Positions 29,345 to 38,812 of a DNA stretch of 64,000 nt are shown here, piece by piece. Made by a program: the position numbers and the translations under genes. The stretch spans positions 64,001 to 128,000 of the forward strand of contig CAWGMK010000007.1 of the NCBI GenBank assembly GCA_963823655.1, read 5' to 3'. The notes beneath the pieces were generated by a model, which worked only from the letters and a program-made list of their open reading frames with translations, made no database searches and had not been told where the DNA came from. Position 1 is the first letter of the stretch. Each line of letters starts with the position of its first letter. This stretch comes from an uncultured Bacillota bacterium. GTDB taxonomy: Bacteria; Bacillota; DTU025; MWDF01.

Positions 29345-30199
29345 TCACTGTTCGAGCCCCACCGTGCGCTCGATTATCCTGTCCAGGTCCTCGGGGCTGA
29401 AATAATGGATTTCTATTTTGCCTGCAGCTGCGCTGCCCACTATCCTGACTTTCGTTCCAAGCTCCTGCCTGAACCGGTCCTCAACTTTTACAATGTCGGC
29501 GTCCCTCTGCTTTTGGACCTTTCTGCTCCTGTTCACGCTTCCGAGCCGAGCGACGGCCTCTTCCAGCTGCCTTACAGAAAGCTTCCTTCTTACTGCTTCC
29601 TTGGCCAACCTCGATTGGCCTTCGGTCGATCTTATTCCGAGAAGCGCCCTTGCGTGCCCTTCGCTCAATGTTTCACGTGAAACAAGTTCCAGGACGTCTG
29701 ACGGAAGCTTGTTCAGCCTTAAAGTGTTCGCCACTGCCGAACGGCTTTTCCCCACAAGATCGGACACGTTCTCCTGTGTAAGGGCGAACTCGTCTATCAG
29801 CCTCTTATATGCCGAGGCTTCCTCGACAGGGTTTAGGTCCTGCCTTTGCACGTTCTCGATGACGGCTATTTGCATCATCTCTGACTCGCCGGCCTCTTTT
29901 ATAATCGCGGGTATCTCCTTAAGCCCTGCAATGCGGGATGCGCGCAGCCTTCTTTCGCCGGCGATGACGTGGTATCTCGTGCCTGAGCGCCTGACTATTA
30001 TCGGCTGTATTACGCCATGCTCCTTGATGGAAGCGGCAAGCTCTTCCAGTTTGCCTTCGTCGAAATCGCGACGCGGCTGATAGGGGTTAGAGTCGATCAT
30101 TGTGAGGTCGATCTCGGAAACCCCTGCGCCCTCCAATAGGTTGTCGCTGAGCAAAGCTTCCAATCCTTTGCCCAATCCTCTTTTGTTGGCGGAAGTCAC
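29345..30199 (-). CDS. parB: ParB/Spo0J partition protein
   Basis: GLGKGLEAL, NPYQPR, IAGERRLRA, ENVQRQDLN, SEGHARAL. Confidence 0.96.
   Translation of the reverse strand: MTSANKRGLGKGLEALLSDNLLEGAGVSEIDLTMIDSNPYQPRRDFDEGKLEELAASIKEHGVIQPIIVRRSGTRYHVIAGERRLRASRIAGLKEIPAIIKEAGESEMMQIAVIENVQRQDLNPVEEASAYKRLIDEFALTQENVSDLVGKSRSAVANTLRLNKLPSDVLELVSRETLSEGHARALLGIRSTEGQSRLAKEAVRRKLSVRQLEEAVARLGSVNRSRKVQKQRDADIVKVEDRFRQELGTKVRIVGSAAAGKIEIHYFSPEDLDRIIERTVGLEQ
29669..29684. promoter_or_regulatory. parS site inside parB
   Basis: Perfect palindrome TGTTTCACGTGAAACA. Confidence 0.92.
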
Positions 30200-30981
30200 C
30201 TGTTATCACCTCGCCTAATGATTTCCCTTGTAAGGGACATATATGATTCTGCGCCCTTCGACCTGGCATCGTAAAGGCAAATCGGTACGCCGTAGCTCGG
30301 CGCCTCGCTCAGCCTTACATTCCTCGGAATTACGGTATCGAATACCTTGTCGCCGAAGTAACTTTTCACTTCTGTTTCCACTTGTTGCGTAAGATTGAGC
30401 CGGGGGTCGTACATCGTAAGGATCACCCCGAATATGGAAAGGGAGGGGTTAATATGCCGCTTCACTAGATTTATCGAATTGATGAGCTGGCTTAGGCCCT
30501 CCAGAGCGTAATACTCGCACTGCATGGGCACGATTATTCCGTCTGACGCGGCAAAGGAGTTAACCGTGAGCAGCCCTAAAGACGGGGGACAGTCAATGAA
30601 TATGTAATCGTAGATTTCCCTTGCCTTCTGGAGGCCGTCTTTCAGCCTCTGTTCCCTTGCCATCTCGTTGACAAGCTCAAGCTCGGCTCCCACTAGGGAC
30701 ATGTTGGAGGGAAGAAGGTCAAGGCCCGATATCTTGGTATGGATAATTGCCTGCATTGCGGGCTTGCCTGCTGTAAGCACATCATAGACGCTTTCTTTAA
30801 GCCCCTGTTTGCCTACGCCCAGCCCGCTTGTGGCATTGCCCTGTGGGTCCATGTCCACAAGCAGCACAGATTTGTTGTAATTGGCTGCATAGGCAGCCAC
30901 ATTGACGGCGGTCGTAGTCTTGCCGGTGCCGCCTTTTTGGTTGGCAAATGCCAGTACCGTCGACAAATAGCCACTCTCCAT
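30196..30981 (-). CDS. parA: ParA/Soj ATPase
   Basis: NQKGGTGKTTT, DPQGNATSG, DCPPSLG, QCEYYALEG, RLSEAPS. Confidence 0.96.
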   Translation of the reverse strand: MESGYLSTVLAFANQKGGTGKTTTAVNVAAYAANYNKSVLLVDMDPQGNATSGLGVGKQGLKESVYDVLTAGKPAMQAIIHTKISGLDLLPSNMSLVGAELELVNEMAREQRLKDGLQKAREIYDYIFIDCPPSLGLLTVNSFAASDGIIVPMQCEYYALEGLSQLINSINLVKRHINPSLSIFGVILTMYDPRLNLTQQVETEVKSYFGDKVFDTVIPRNVRLSEAPSYGVPICLYDARSKGAESYMSLTREIIRRGDNR

Positions 30982-31016
30982 TCAGATGGGAAGTTCTCTG
31001 ACATCCTTATTCTATC

Positions 31017-31754
31017 CTATTCCTGCATCCTTGTAATCGGACGCCTCTGAGGTTCGCCCGTTCTTCTTGGAAACCGCCCGGGAGTGGGGGAGAGCTTGGT
31101 CGCGTAAACCAGGCTTCTTTCGCCTTGTCCCTGGGGAAGCGAGACCTTGTTTATTCCGGTTAATTTCGCCCCCATAGAGAACAGCGCGGCCTTGCCGTCG
31201 TCCATCTCCTCTTCAGCTTGAGGCCCTTTCATCGCAATGAATATGCCGCCTTTCCTTAAGAAGGGGACACAGTACTCTGCCGCTGTGGATATCGAAGCGA
31301 CGCCCCTTACGACCGATAATCCGTACTTCTCCCTGTGCTCAGGAAGATGGGCGAGCTCTTCAGCCCTTCCGGTTATCGCTTTGACGTTTCTCAGCCCTAG
31401 CATCAAGGCGGCATTCTGCACGAACTTGACTTTCTTGCCGACGGAGTCAAGCAGGGTCGCCTTGGTTTCGGGCATCAATATCGCCATTACAAGCCCCGGG
31501 AAACCCGCGCCGGTACCGACATCGATGAAGCTTCCGCAGTCTTTCACTCCCGGCACCCTGAACAGGGTGAGGGAGTCGGCCATATGTTTTATGGCTATGC
31601 CTGTTTCATCCTTGATTCCCGTCAGGTTGAATTTCTCGTTTTCGGCCACAAGGTAATTTTTCAGCTTCTCCATCTGTTCCGCCTGCTGAACCGAAAGGGG
31701 AACTCCTATTTCCTCTGCCGAATCCACCAGGATCTTCATGAAGCTACTTTCCAT
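31017..31754 (-). CDS. rsmG: 16S rRNA m7G527 methyltransferase
   Basis: NLTGI, HMADSL, DVGTGAGFPG, RAEE. Confidence 0.95.
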   Translation of the reverse strand: MESSFMKILVDSAEEIGVPLSVQQAEQMEKLKNYLVAENEKFNLTGIKDETGIAIKHMADSLTLFRVPGVKDCGSFIDVGTGAGFPGLVMAILMPETKATLLDSVGKKVKFVQNAALMLGLRNVKAITGRAEELAHLPEHREKYGLSVVRGVASISTAAEYCVPFLRKGGIFIAMKGPQAEEEMDDGKAALFSMGAKLTGINKVSLPQGQGERSLVYATKLSPTPGRFPRRTGEPQRRPITRMQE

Positions 31755-33520
31755 CGGCTTTGCCCTCCTGCCTCAGGTGAATGATCATTGCGGCCATGTC
31801 GGCCGGTGAGATTCCGGGTATCCTTGAGGCTTCCCCGATGCTGCCGGGCCTTCTGTCGGCCAGCTTCTCCTTCGCCTCGGTGGAGAGCCTGTGCATTGAT
31901 GAATAATCTACATCCTTTGGAATCTCCTGTTCCTCCATCTTCCTGAAGGATGCGGCCATGCGCCTTTCCTTCTCTATGTATCCTCCATAAACGCCGTCAA
32001 GGAGCACATTTTCCTCTGTACATGCCATTAGCCATCCGTCCTCGGCAGAAAGTTGCTCCGCGCTATCCCGGCGTCCGATCTTTATCGATAAGCGAGCCCT
32101 TCATCAGGCCCTTCTTCTTGAATGCGACAATTCTATCTGTACCAGCCAGCCCAGCCTCAATCGCAAGGGGGGTGAGCCTGAAGTCGGCGTTGTCCTGTCT
32201 TAGAGACAGCCTGTATTCGGCCCTTGCCGTCATCATCCTGTAGGGTTCGTCGGTGCCCTTCATGACCAGATCGTCTATGAGCACGCCTATATAGGCTTGG
32301 TCCCGATCCAGCTTAATAGGCTTTTTACCGAAAATGCCCAACGCCGCGTTTGCCCCTGCAATTAGCCCCTGTGCCGCCGCTTCCTCATATCCCGAAGAGC
32401 CGTTCGCCTGACCGGCGGAATAAAGGCCCGGCAGGTTTCGAAACTCCAGCTTATGGTCCAATTGCGACGGATCTACGCAATCGTACTCAATGGCATAGCC
32501 GTACTTTGTGATTACGGCATGCTCAAGGCCGGGGATCGTCTTTATCATCTGCTCCTGAACATCGGAGGGCAAGCTTGTGGCAAGGCCTGCAATATACATC
32601 TCGTCGCCATTTCTCACTATAGGCTCAATGAAGAGCTGGTGCCTGGCCTTATCGGCAAAGCGAACGACTTTGGCTTCGATGGACGGGCAATACCGCGGGC
32701 CTATCCCTTTGATCAAACCCGAGAAAATAGGCGCCCTGTCCAAATTCGAGCCGATTATATCGTGGGTTTCGGGGCTTGTATAAGTCACCCAGCAGTCTTC
32801 CTGCTGCCTGGGTTGAGGCTTCCTGATATTGGAGAACCCATAAAGAAGCTCCTCGCCATTTTGCACGCCCATCTTGGAGTAATCGAGGCTATCTGATGCG
32901 ACCCTCGGAGAGGTTCCGGTCTTAAACCTCATCATCTTTATGCCGGCGCCGGTAAGAGACGGGGTGAGGGAGGAGGCTGTGAATCCTTCTGGTCCACCTT
33001 CGCGCACTTTCTCGCCGATGTATATTTTACCCCCCAGATAAGTCCCGGAGGCAAGGATTACTGCTTTACAGCTGATCCGCTCACCGCCGATTACACAGCC
33101 CTTAACTTTCCCTTCCTCTATGATGAGGTCGGTTACGTCTGCTTCAACCAGCTCCAGGCCGCTTTGCCCTTTTAGGGTCTCTATCATCCTCGAAGCATAG
33201 GCCACCCTGTCGATCTGAGCCCTTATCGCCCTGACCGCGGGCCCTTTTGCAGAATTAAGCATCCTTATGTGTATGAAGGATTCGTCTGCCGCCAGGCCCA
33301 TCTCGCCGCCCAGAGCATCAATCTCCCTAACGAGTTGGGATTTGCCCGGGCCTCCGATTGAAGGGTTACAGGACATCCTGGCAATGGATTTGAAATCCAA
33401 GCTGACTCCCAGCACCTTCGCGCCGATGCGGGATGCGGCCAAGGCGGCTTCGCATCCTGCGTGTCCGAGCCCAATTACTATGATGTCGTATTGAGAGCGC
33501 AAATCCGAACCTTCCTTCAT
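31744..33520 (-). CDS. mnmG: tRNA U34 modification enzyme MnmG (GidA), frameshifted near 32070-32100
   Basis: GHAGCEAA, MSCNPSIGG, GPRYCPSIE, GYEEAAAQG, RAEYRL; the C-terminal Y.GYI...LSTEAKEKL...ASRIPGISPAD lies in another frame. Confidence 0.92.
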
Positions 33521-34902
33521 TTGCCTATGCAGAACTTATCAAACACCATATCTATGATTTCGTCGGCGGTTGTGTCTCCCGTGAACTCGCCCAATGCGTA
33601 AAGGGCGTCCCTGAGGTCTAGGCAGACCGCCTCATGCGGCATTTCCATGTCCAAGGCCTTCCTGGCCCCTCTCAAACGCGCAAGGCAGCTTTCCAGACAA
33701 GATATCCATCTGGCGTACGGTCCTTCGCCGCCTTCGAAGTCAGTAATGTTGAGCGCTTCCATGGCGATTGCCGATCTTAGCGAATCCATGCCGTACCCGG
33801 TCTTGGCGGATATCGATACGATCCTGTGGCCGGGGGAGACGAAGCCGGGGCGGGGTAGGGGCGATGAGGCATTCAAAGTTGCTTCTTCCGCAAGGTCCGC
33901 TTTATTGAATACCACTATCACAGCTTTACCTTCGAGCTTTCCAAGCTGCTCATAATCCTCTTCAGACAATCCTTCGGGATAAGAGGCGACATATGCTATG
34001 ACCGATGAGGAGGAAGCCGCCTGCTTCATCCTGATTAGCCCCGCCGCGACTATCGGATCATCGGAGAGGCCAATTCCGGCAGTATCGGCGAATCGTATCG
34101 GAATCCCGTCGACATTAGCCGTCTCTTCTATAGTGTCCCTGGTGGTGCCTGGGATATCCGAGACTATTGCCCTGTCTATTCCAAGCAGCTTATTTAGCAG
34201 GCTTGACTTGCCCATGTTCGGGCGACCGATTATTGCGACTTTGATGCCTTCTATGAGCAGCCTTCCGCGGCTGGCATCATCTAGCATAGATTCAATCCTG
34301 GCTTCTATTGCCGAAATCTCCGCCACATCCGTCTCTGCATCCTCATCGGACATCTCTTCAGGCCAGTCCAATACGGCCTCTACCCTTACAAGAAGCTCAC
34401 TCACCATCGACTTGGCGTCTTCCGCCTGCTTCAGGGCCTTGCCAGAGAGCATAACCGATGCAGTCTGCCTTGCTTTTTCAGTCCTCGCCTTAATCATTGC
34501 CAGGACTGATTCGGCCTTCAGAAGAGACATTTTTCCGTTTAAGAATGCCCTCCTGGTGAACTCTCCCGCCCTTGCCTGCCTTGCGCCCGAACTAAAGGCG
34601 GCAGATAGAACTGCCTTTGCCGTAGCCGTGCCTCCGTGGCATTGCAGTTCAGCCACATCCTCGCCGGTGTAGCTTCTGGGCCCTCTAAAGAACAAGCATA
34701 TTGCCTCATCTATGAAATGCCCGTCTGAGGAATACACCCTTCCGAACGACAGGTCCTTTGGAGGGGATGGGAACCCTTCTCGCGCCGCCCTGAAGCATCG
34801 GGATACGATCCCTGCGGTTTCAGGGCCGGAGATCCTTATTATCGCAATTCCACCCGAGCCGGGAGGAGTCGAGATCGCGGCTATTGTGTCGTTTCTTTCC
34901 AT
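33517..34902 (-). CDS. mnmE: tRNA modification GTPase MnmE (TrmE)
   Basis: DTIAAISTP, SYTGED, GRPNMGKSS, GTTRD, DTAG, FCIGK. Confidence 0.96.
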   Translation of the reverse strand: MERNDTIAAISTPPGSGGIAIIRISGPETAGIVSRCFRAAREGFPSPPKDLSFGRVYSSDGHFIDEAICLFFRGPRSYTGEDVAELQCHGGTATAKAVLSAAFSSGARQARAGEFTRRAFLNGKMSLLKAESVLAMIKARTEKARQTASVMLSGKALKQAEDAKSMVSELLVRVEAVLDWPEEMSDEDAETDVAEISAIEARIESMLDDASRGRLLIEGIKVAIIGRPNMGKSSLLNKLLGIDRAIVSDIPGTTRDTIEETANVDGIPIRFADTAGIGLSDDPIVAAGLIRMKQAASSSSVIAYVASYPEGLSEEDYEQLGKLEGKAVIVVFNKADLAEEATLNASSPLPRPGFVSPGHRIVSISAKTGYGMDSLRSAIAMEALNITDFEGGEGPYARWISCLESCLARLRGARKALDMEMPHEAVCLDLRDALYALGEFTGDTTADEIIDMVFDKFCIGK

Positions 34903-34988
34903 GTTCCTTGCCTTCCGGTTTAAAAAAGCGTGCCTTCCGGCACGCTTGTATTGCCTTATTGTGATTCTACACCACAGGTCTTATCGCG

Positions 34989-35672
34989 TCATTCCGGGGA
35001 GACAACGACTTTCCTATTGGGCTCGGCGCCTTCGCTGTAGCTCGTCACGCCCTGGATTTCAAGTATGGCCATGTGGACGATGCGGCGCTCGGAGGCCGGC
35101 ATAGGCTGTAGGACCATTTCTTTCTGCTCCCTGACCGCTTTCTCCGCGACGCGAACAGCAAGGGACTTCAGCTGGTCCTCGCGCCTTTGCCTGTAGTTTT
35201 CTATATCCAGTATGTAGCGGCTCCTCTTTCCCGCTCCGCGCTGCCTGTCATGCCTCATGCCTATGATGTTCACAAGGTACTGCAACGCTTCCAGGGTCTC
35301 TCCGTGCCTTCCAATAAGGGCGGCGAGTTCAGGGCCTTTGATGTCCAGCTTAATGCCGTCCTCGGTTACGGATTCCGTGGTTTCCGACTGAAGGCCCATT
35401 TTTAAAAGCAGGGTCTCCAGGAATTCCTTCGGCGATACGGCATCCGCTCCGCCTTCGGCATCTTCCGTATCAGCCTCGAATGCAGGGTCGAATTCCTCCT
35501 CGGCCCTGGCTTTGGGAGTAACGTTCACGACCACCTTGTTCTCCCCGAGAAGTTTGATGGTGCGATGGGGCGTATCCTGTGCCACTTCGACATCTACTTC
35601 GTCGATAGTGCAGTTGAGCTGCTTTAAAGCCCTTTCAACCGCCTCTTCGACTGTCTTACCGGAATATTTCAT
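34989..35672 (-). CDS. jag: Jag/EloR (KhpB) KH-R3H RNA-binding protein
   Basis: GKTVEEA, IGRHGETLEALQY, ERRIVH, SEGAEPNR. Confidence 0.93.
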   Translation of the reverse strand: MKYSGKTVEEAVERALKQLNCTIDEVDVEVAQDTPHRTIKLLGENKVVVNVTPKARAEEEFDPAFEADTEDAEGGADAVSPKEFLETLLLKMGLQSETTESVTEDGIKLDIKGPELAALIGRHGETLEALQYLVNIIGMRHDRQRGAGKRSRYILDIENYRQRREDQLKSLAVRVAEKAVREQKEMVLQPMPASERRIVHMAILEIQGVTSYSEGAEPNRKVVVSPE

Positions 35673-35705
35673 GACATCCTCCCTTATATAGGACCCCGGG
35701 AAGAT

Positions 35706-36404
35706 CTATTTCTCGGGTTTCACGACGAACTTGATTATGAACCACTGTACTGCGTAGTTGACCACGTTGAAGGTCACCCAGTAGATTACGAGGCTCTGCG
35801 GCGAGATTATCGCGAAATACGCGAACATCAAGGGCATCATCCACTTGAACATGGCCATTGAGTTGTTCGTGCTTGAGCCCGACGGCTGGCTGGTCTGCGC
35901 GAATGTTAGATATGTAGTTACTGCCGTCAGAACAGGCATAATCATCTCTCTTAGAAGGATGAGCCATGCTCCCATGTCGGCGTAGTTGGCCGGTATCGCT
36001 ATCTGGGGGTGCTTCATGATGTCCTGTATCCACAGGAATTTCATGCTTATGCCCTCAGAGGCTAGGAGCTGCATGAATGCCGTATCGCGCATTCCGCTGT
36101 AGAACACCAGCATTATGGGCAAGGTGAGCAGGGAGGGGAGGCATCCTGCAAGCATATTGAAATTGTTCTGCTTGTAGATTTCCATGACCCTGCGGTTAAT
36201 CTCCTCGGGCTGGCCTTTGTATTTCTTCTGTACTTCCTCTACGAGAGGCTGTATTTTCTTCTGCTTCTCCATCGTGCGCATCTGTGTTACCGAAATCGGG
36301 TACAGGGCGATTTTAAGCAGAACCGTGAATATGATTATGCTCCATGCATAACTCCCCGTTAACTCGGCGAAGTAGCGCAATACCGACTGAATAATCCCTG
36401 TCAT
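35706..36404 (-). CDS. yidC: Membrane protein insertase YidC/SpoIIIJ
   Basis: SIIIFTVLLK, GCLP, FLWI.D, IYW; canonical position. Confidence 0.92.
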   Translation of the reverse strand: MTGIIQSVLRYFAELTGSYAWSIIIFTVLLKIALYPISVTQMRTMEKQKKIQPLVEEVQKKYKGQPEEINRRVMEIYKQNNFNMLAGCLPSLLTLPIMLVFYSGMRDTAFMQLLASEGISMKFLWIQDIMKHPQIAIPANYADMGAWLILLREMIMPVLTAVTTYLTFAQTSQPSGSSTNNSMAMFKWMMPLMFAYFAIISPQSLVIYWVTFNVVNYAVQWFIIKFVVKPEK

Positions 36405-36431
36405 CTATAATAGTCGTCCTTTCTTGGTCAG

Positions 36432-36644
36432 TCACGGGACGGGGTCATATCCGCTTTTGCCCCATGGATGACATCTTAGGATCCTCTTGATCGCCAATAA
36501 TCCGCCCTTGACTGCCCCGTAACGGAATATCGCCTCATACGCATATTCTGAGCAAGTGGGCCTGAACCTGCAAGTCGGATATCTTTTCAACGGGGATATC
36601 ACGTTCCTGTAGAATTTTATCAGCTCTAGGAGCACGGTTTTCAT
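36432..36644 (-). CDS. yidD: Membrane protein insertion efficiency factor
   Basis: [24 protein letters not shown]. Confidence 0.95.
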   Translation of the reverse strand: MKTVLLELIKFYRNVISPLKRYPTCRFRPTCSEYAYEAIFRYGAVKGGLLAIKRILRCHPWGKSGYDPVP

Positions 36645-36994
36645 GATCCCGCCCTCCTTTGCGCAAGAAGCCTTTCGAGCTCCTGGGCCACTTTGTCGGT
36701 CTTCATGCCTTCTTGCAATATGGCCGACCTCGGGATTATTACCATGTCGTAACCGGAGGGGAGGGAAGAGGCATCGCGCGCAGCCGCACGAAACATCCTC
36801 TTTATCCTGTTCCTTACCACCGCGTTACCGTTCTTCTTGCTTACGATGTATCCCACCCTGGTAATACCTTCAAGGCCGGGCGCTAAGCGGATCAGCATTA
36901 GAGATCCTTTCAGCAACCGGCCTTCATGCTTTATACGTTCGAAGTCCGAGCTTCTCCTTAGCCTCTCGTACCCTGACATACATATCATCGCCAC
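36641..36994 (-). CDS. rnpA: Ribonuclease P protein component
   Basis: [21 protein letters not shown]. Confidence 0.93.
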   Translation of the reverse strand: MAMICMSGYERLRRSSDFERIKHEGRLLKGSLMLIRLAPGLEGITRVGYIVSKKNGNAVVRNRIKRMFRAAARDASSLPSGYDMVIIPRSAILQEGMKTDKVAQELERLLAQRRAGS

Positions 36995-37053
36995 ACCTTA
37001 TAATAAATGAAAGCCGTCGCTTCGACGGCCCGTGGCGGTTTTCCTATCCCGGA

Positions 37054-37188
37054 TTAGAGAGATAAGCGAGCGCGGCCCTTTGCGCGCCTTCTCCTTAGGA
37101 CGTTGCGTCCGCCGGGGGTGCTCATCCTGACGAGAAAGCCGTGTGTGCGGGCCTTCTTTCTTGTATTAGGCTGATATGTCCTCTTCAT
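37054..37188 (-). CDS. rpmH: 50S ribosomal protein L34 (not in the ORF track)
   Basis: Translated by hand: [44 protein letters not shown], with RBS GGAGG. Confidence 0.97.
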   Translation of the reverse strand: MKRTYQPNTRKKARTHGFLVRMSTPGGRNVLRRRRAKGRARLSL

Positions 37189-37240
37189 GGCCTTTCCTCC
37201 AGTGCTTCTTCGGTCGTGTATATGATTAACAGCAAATTAG

Positions 37241-37270
37241 ATTTTACTTACATTAGGCATACATTGTCAA
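37241..37270 (-). promoter_or_regulatory. SigA-type promoter for rpmH
   Basis: TTGACA-N18-TAAAAT on the minus strand. Confidence 0.6.
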
Positions 37271-37371
37271 TGAGCTTGCCTCCTTTACTATATGGCAATC
37301 AACACAAACGCCTGTTCTGTGCACATTTCGCAAAATATCGGCTTCTGCAGCCAATCCCTGCAAAACGAGCC

Positions 37372-37776
37372 TTATTCACATATTGTTGATAATATTGTTG
37401 ATAACTGTGGACGGGCGCTGATAAAATTGGACTGGGGAGCGATTGAAGGCCCCTTATTTTTAACACCTCGTTTTACTGGTGTTTTCATGGGGTTCGAACT
37501 CGGTCTCGGGTGGCATTCCACCTAGTTTACTCGCAATTTCGAGTATTTGCCCCTCTTCACAGATGGGTGCCATCTGAAACTGCGGGCCCTGGATCTTGAT
37601 AGCGTTTCAACATCCTGTTGATAATTCTGTTGATAACCGGCCGGTTTTCGGACTTTTCGCATTAAATGAGCCATATGGCTTTTTAAGTGCTCTTTAATAT
37701 GAGAGAATACCGAGGGCGGCTTTTTGCAATAGCAAATTTGCTGCGCTATCTTTATCAACACAGCCTTTGTTGACAG
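37372..37776. other. Upstream origin segment: DnaA-box cluster
   Basis: TTATTCACA at 37372; TGTTGATAA at 37384, 37396, 37616 and 37628; TTATCAACA at 37752. Gene orientation switches here. Confidence 0.75.
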
Positions 37777-37882
37777 AGATAGGTTTGAAATCATTTCTGA
37801 TATGAGGGGTGTCTGCATAACTCGGCCTGATTAGAATATAGTTATTCAAAGTCTCGTATAAACTCTAAGAAGGGGCTGTCTC

Positions 37883-38776
37883 ATGGCAAAGAAAAGTCTT
37901 TTATATAGGATATTGTCGGGCGGCCAACCTGATGATTCTAATACCGAGCCACTGCCGAATCCGGCCCCGGTCAACGCGGAGCCCGTGAAACCGGTCAACT
38001 ATTCGGCCAGGATAGCCGTATACGATTCATTCACGGCAAGCCCTTTCATAGTTGATATGGGATCTGACGATTTTCTCAGGATTGTTGAGGAAATCTCTGC
38101 GAAAGTATATAACCTCGGCCTCGAAAGGGGCGGCAAGATACCTTATATAGTAATTAGGGAAGTTGTAGAGAACCTTGTCCATGCCGGCTTCAAAGATGTA
38201 GTCATAACTGTAGAGCCGGACGGAAATGTAATACGCATTTCAGACCACGGCCCCGGGATTACGGATAAGCAGCGGGCTTTCACGCCAGGTTTCACAACAG
38301 CTACCGCAGAGCTGAAAAGATACATCAAGGGTGTGGGTTCGGGCCTTCCTATAGTGAAGGAATCTTTGGAGTTGAGGGGCGGTTGTGTTAATCTAGAAGA
38401 TAACCTCTCTTCGGGACTGGTAATAACTCTAAGGGGCCGCCCCGAAGAAAAGCCCAGCAACAGCTCCGATTTCACCGTTTCTGGCAAGGTCGGGGACCCT
38501 CTTGAAAAGGATGAAAAGCCCGACGAAACGACGAACCATATGAACGATAAGGAGATAGGCGAGAGTCTGTCGTCAAGGCATAAGAAAGTCCTTATGCTTA
38601 TCGCGGAAACCGGCTCGGCGGGGCCCTCCGTGGTTGCAAAAGAGTTGAAGCTGAGCACCGCTACCGCCTACAGGGACCTTGAAGTCCTTGAAAAGCTCGG
38701 CCTAATAAAATCGGCCGACGGCAAAAGGGAGATAACCGCAAGGGGCAGTTCCTTCGTCGATTTCATCACCAGATAG
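37883..38776 (+). CDS. GHKL (HATPase_c) ATP-binding protein fused to a C-terminal winged HTH
   Basis: N box EVVENLVHA, G1 ISDHGPGI, F/G2 FTPGFTT...GVGSGL; HTH LKLSTATAYRDLEVLEKLGLI. Confidence 0.8.
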   Translation: MAKKSLLYRILSGGQPDDSNTEPLPNPAPVNAEPVKPVNYSARIAVYDSFTASPFIVDMGSDDFLRIVEEISAKVYNLGLERGGKIPYIVIREVVENLVHAGFKDVVITVEPDGNVIRISDHGPGITDKQRAFTPGFTTATAELKRYIKGVGSGLPIVKESLELRGGCVNLEDNLSSGLVITLRGRPEEKPSNSSDFTVSGKVGDPLEKDEKPDETTNHMNDKEIGESLSSRHKKVLMLIAETGSAGPSVVAKELKLSTATAYRDLEVLEKLGLIKSADGKREITARGSSFVDFITR

Positions 38777-38812
38777 ATTGTTCTGCTTTTTAATACCGGG
38801 GAGGAAGAAGCC

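Noticed and set aside
37372-37776. Short repeats as a CRISPR array or iterons
   Set aside because: They are 9-mers with irregular spacing next to dnaA, with no cas or rep gene; DnaA boxes fit better.
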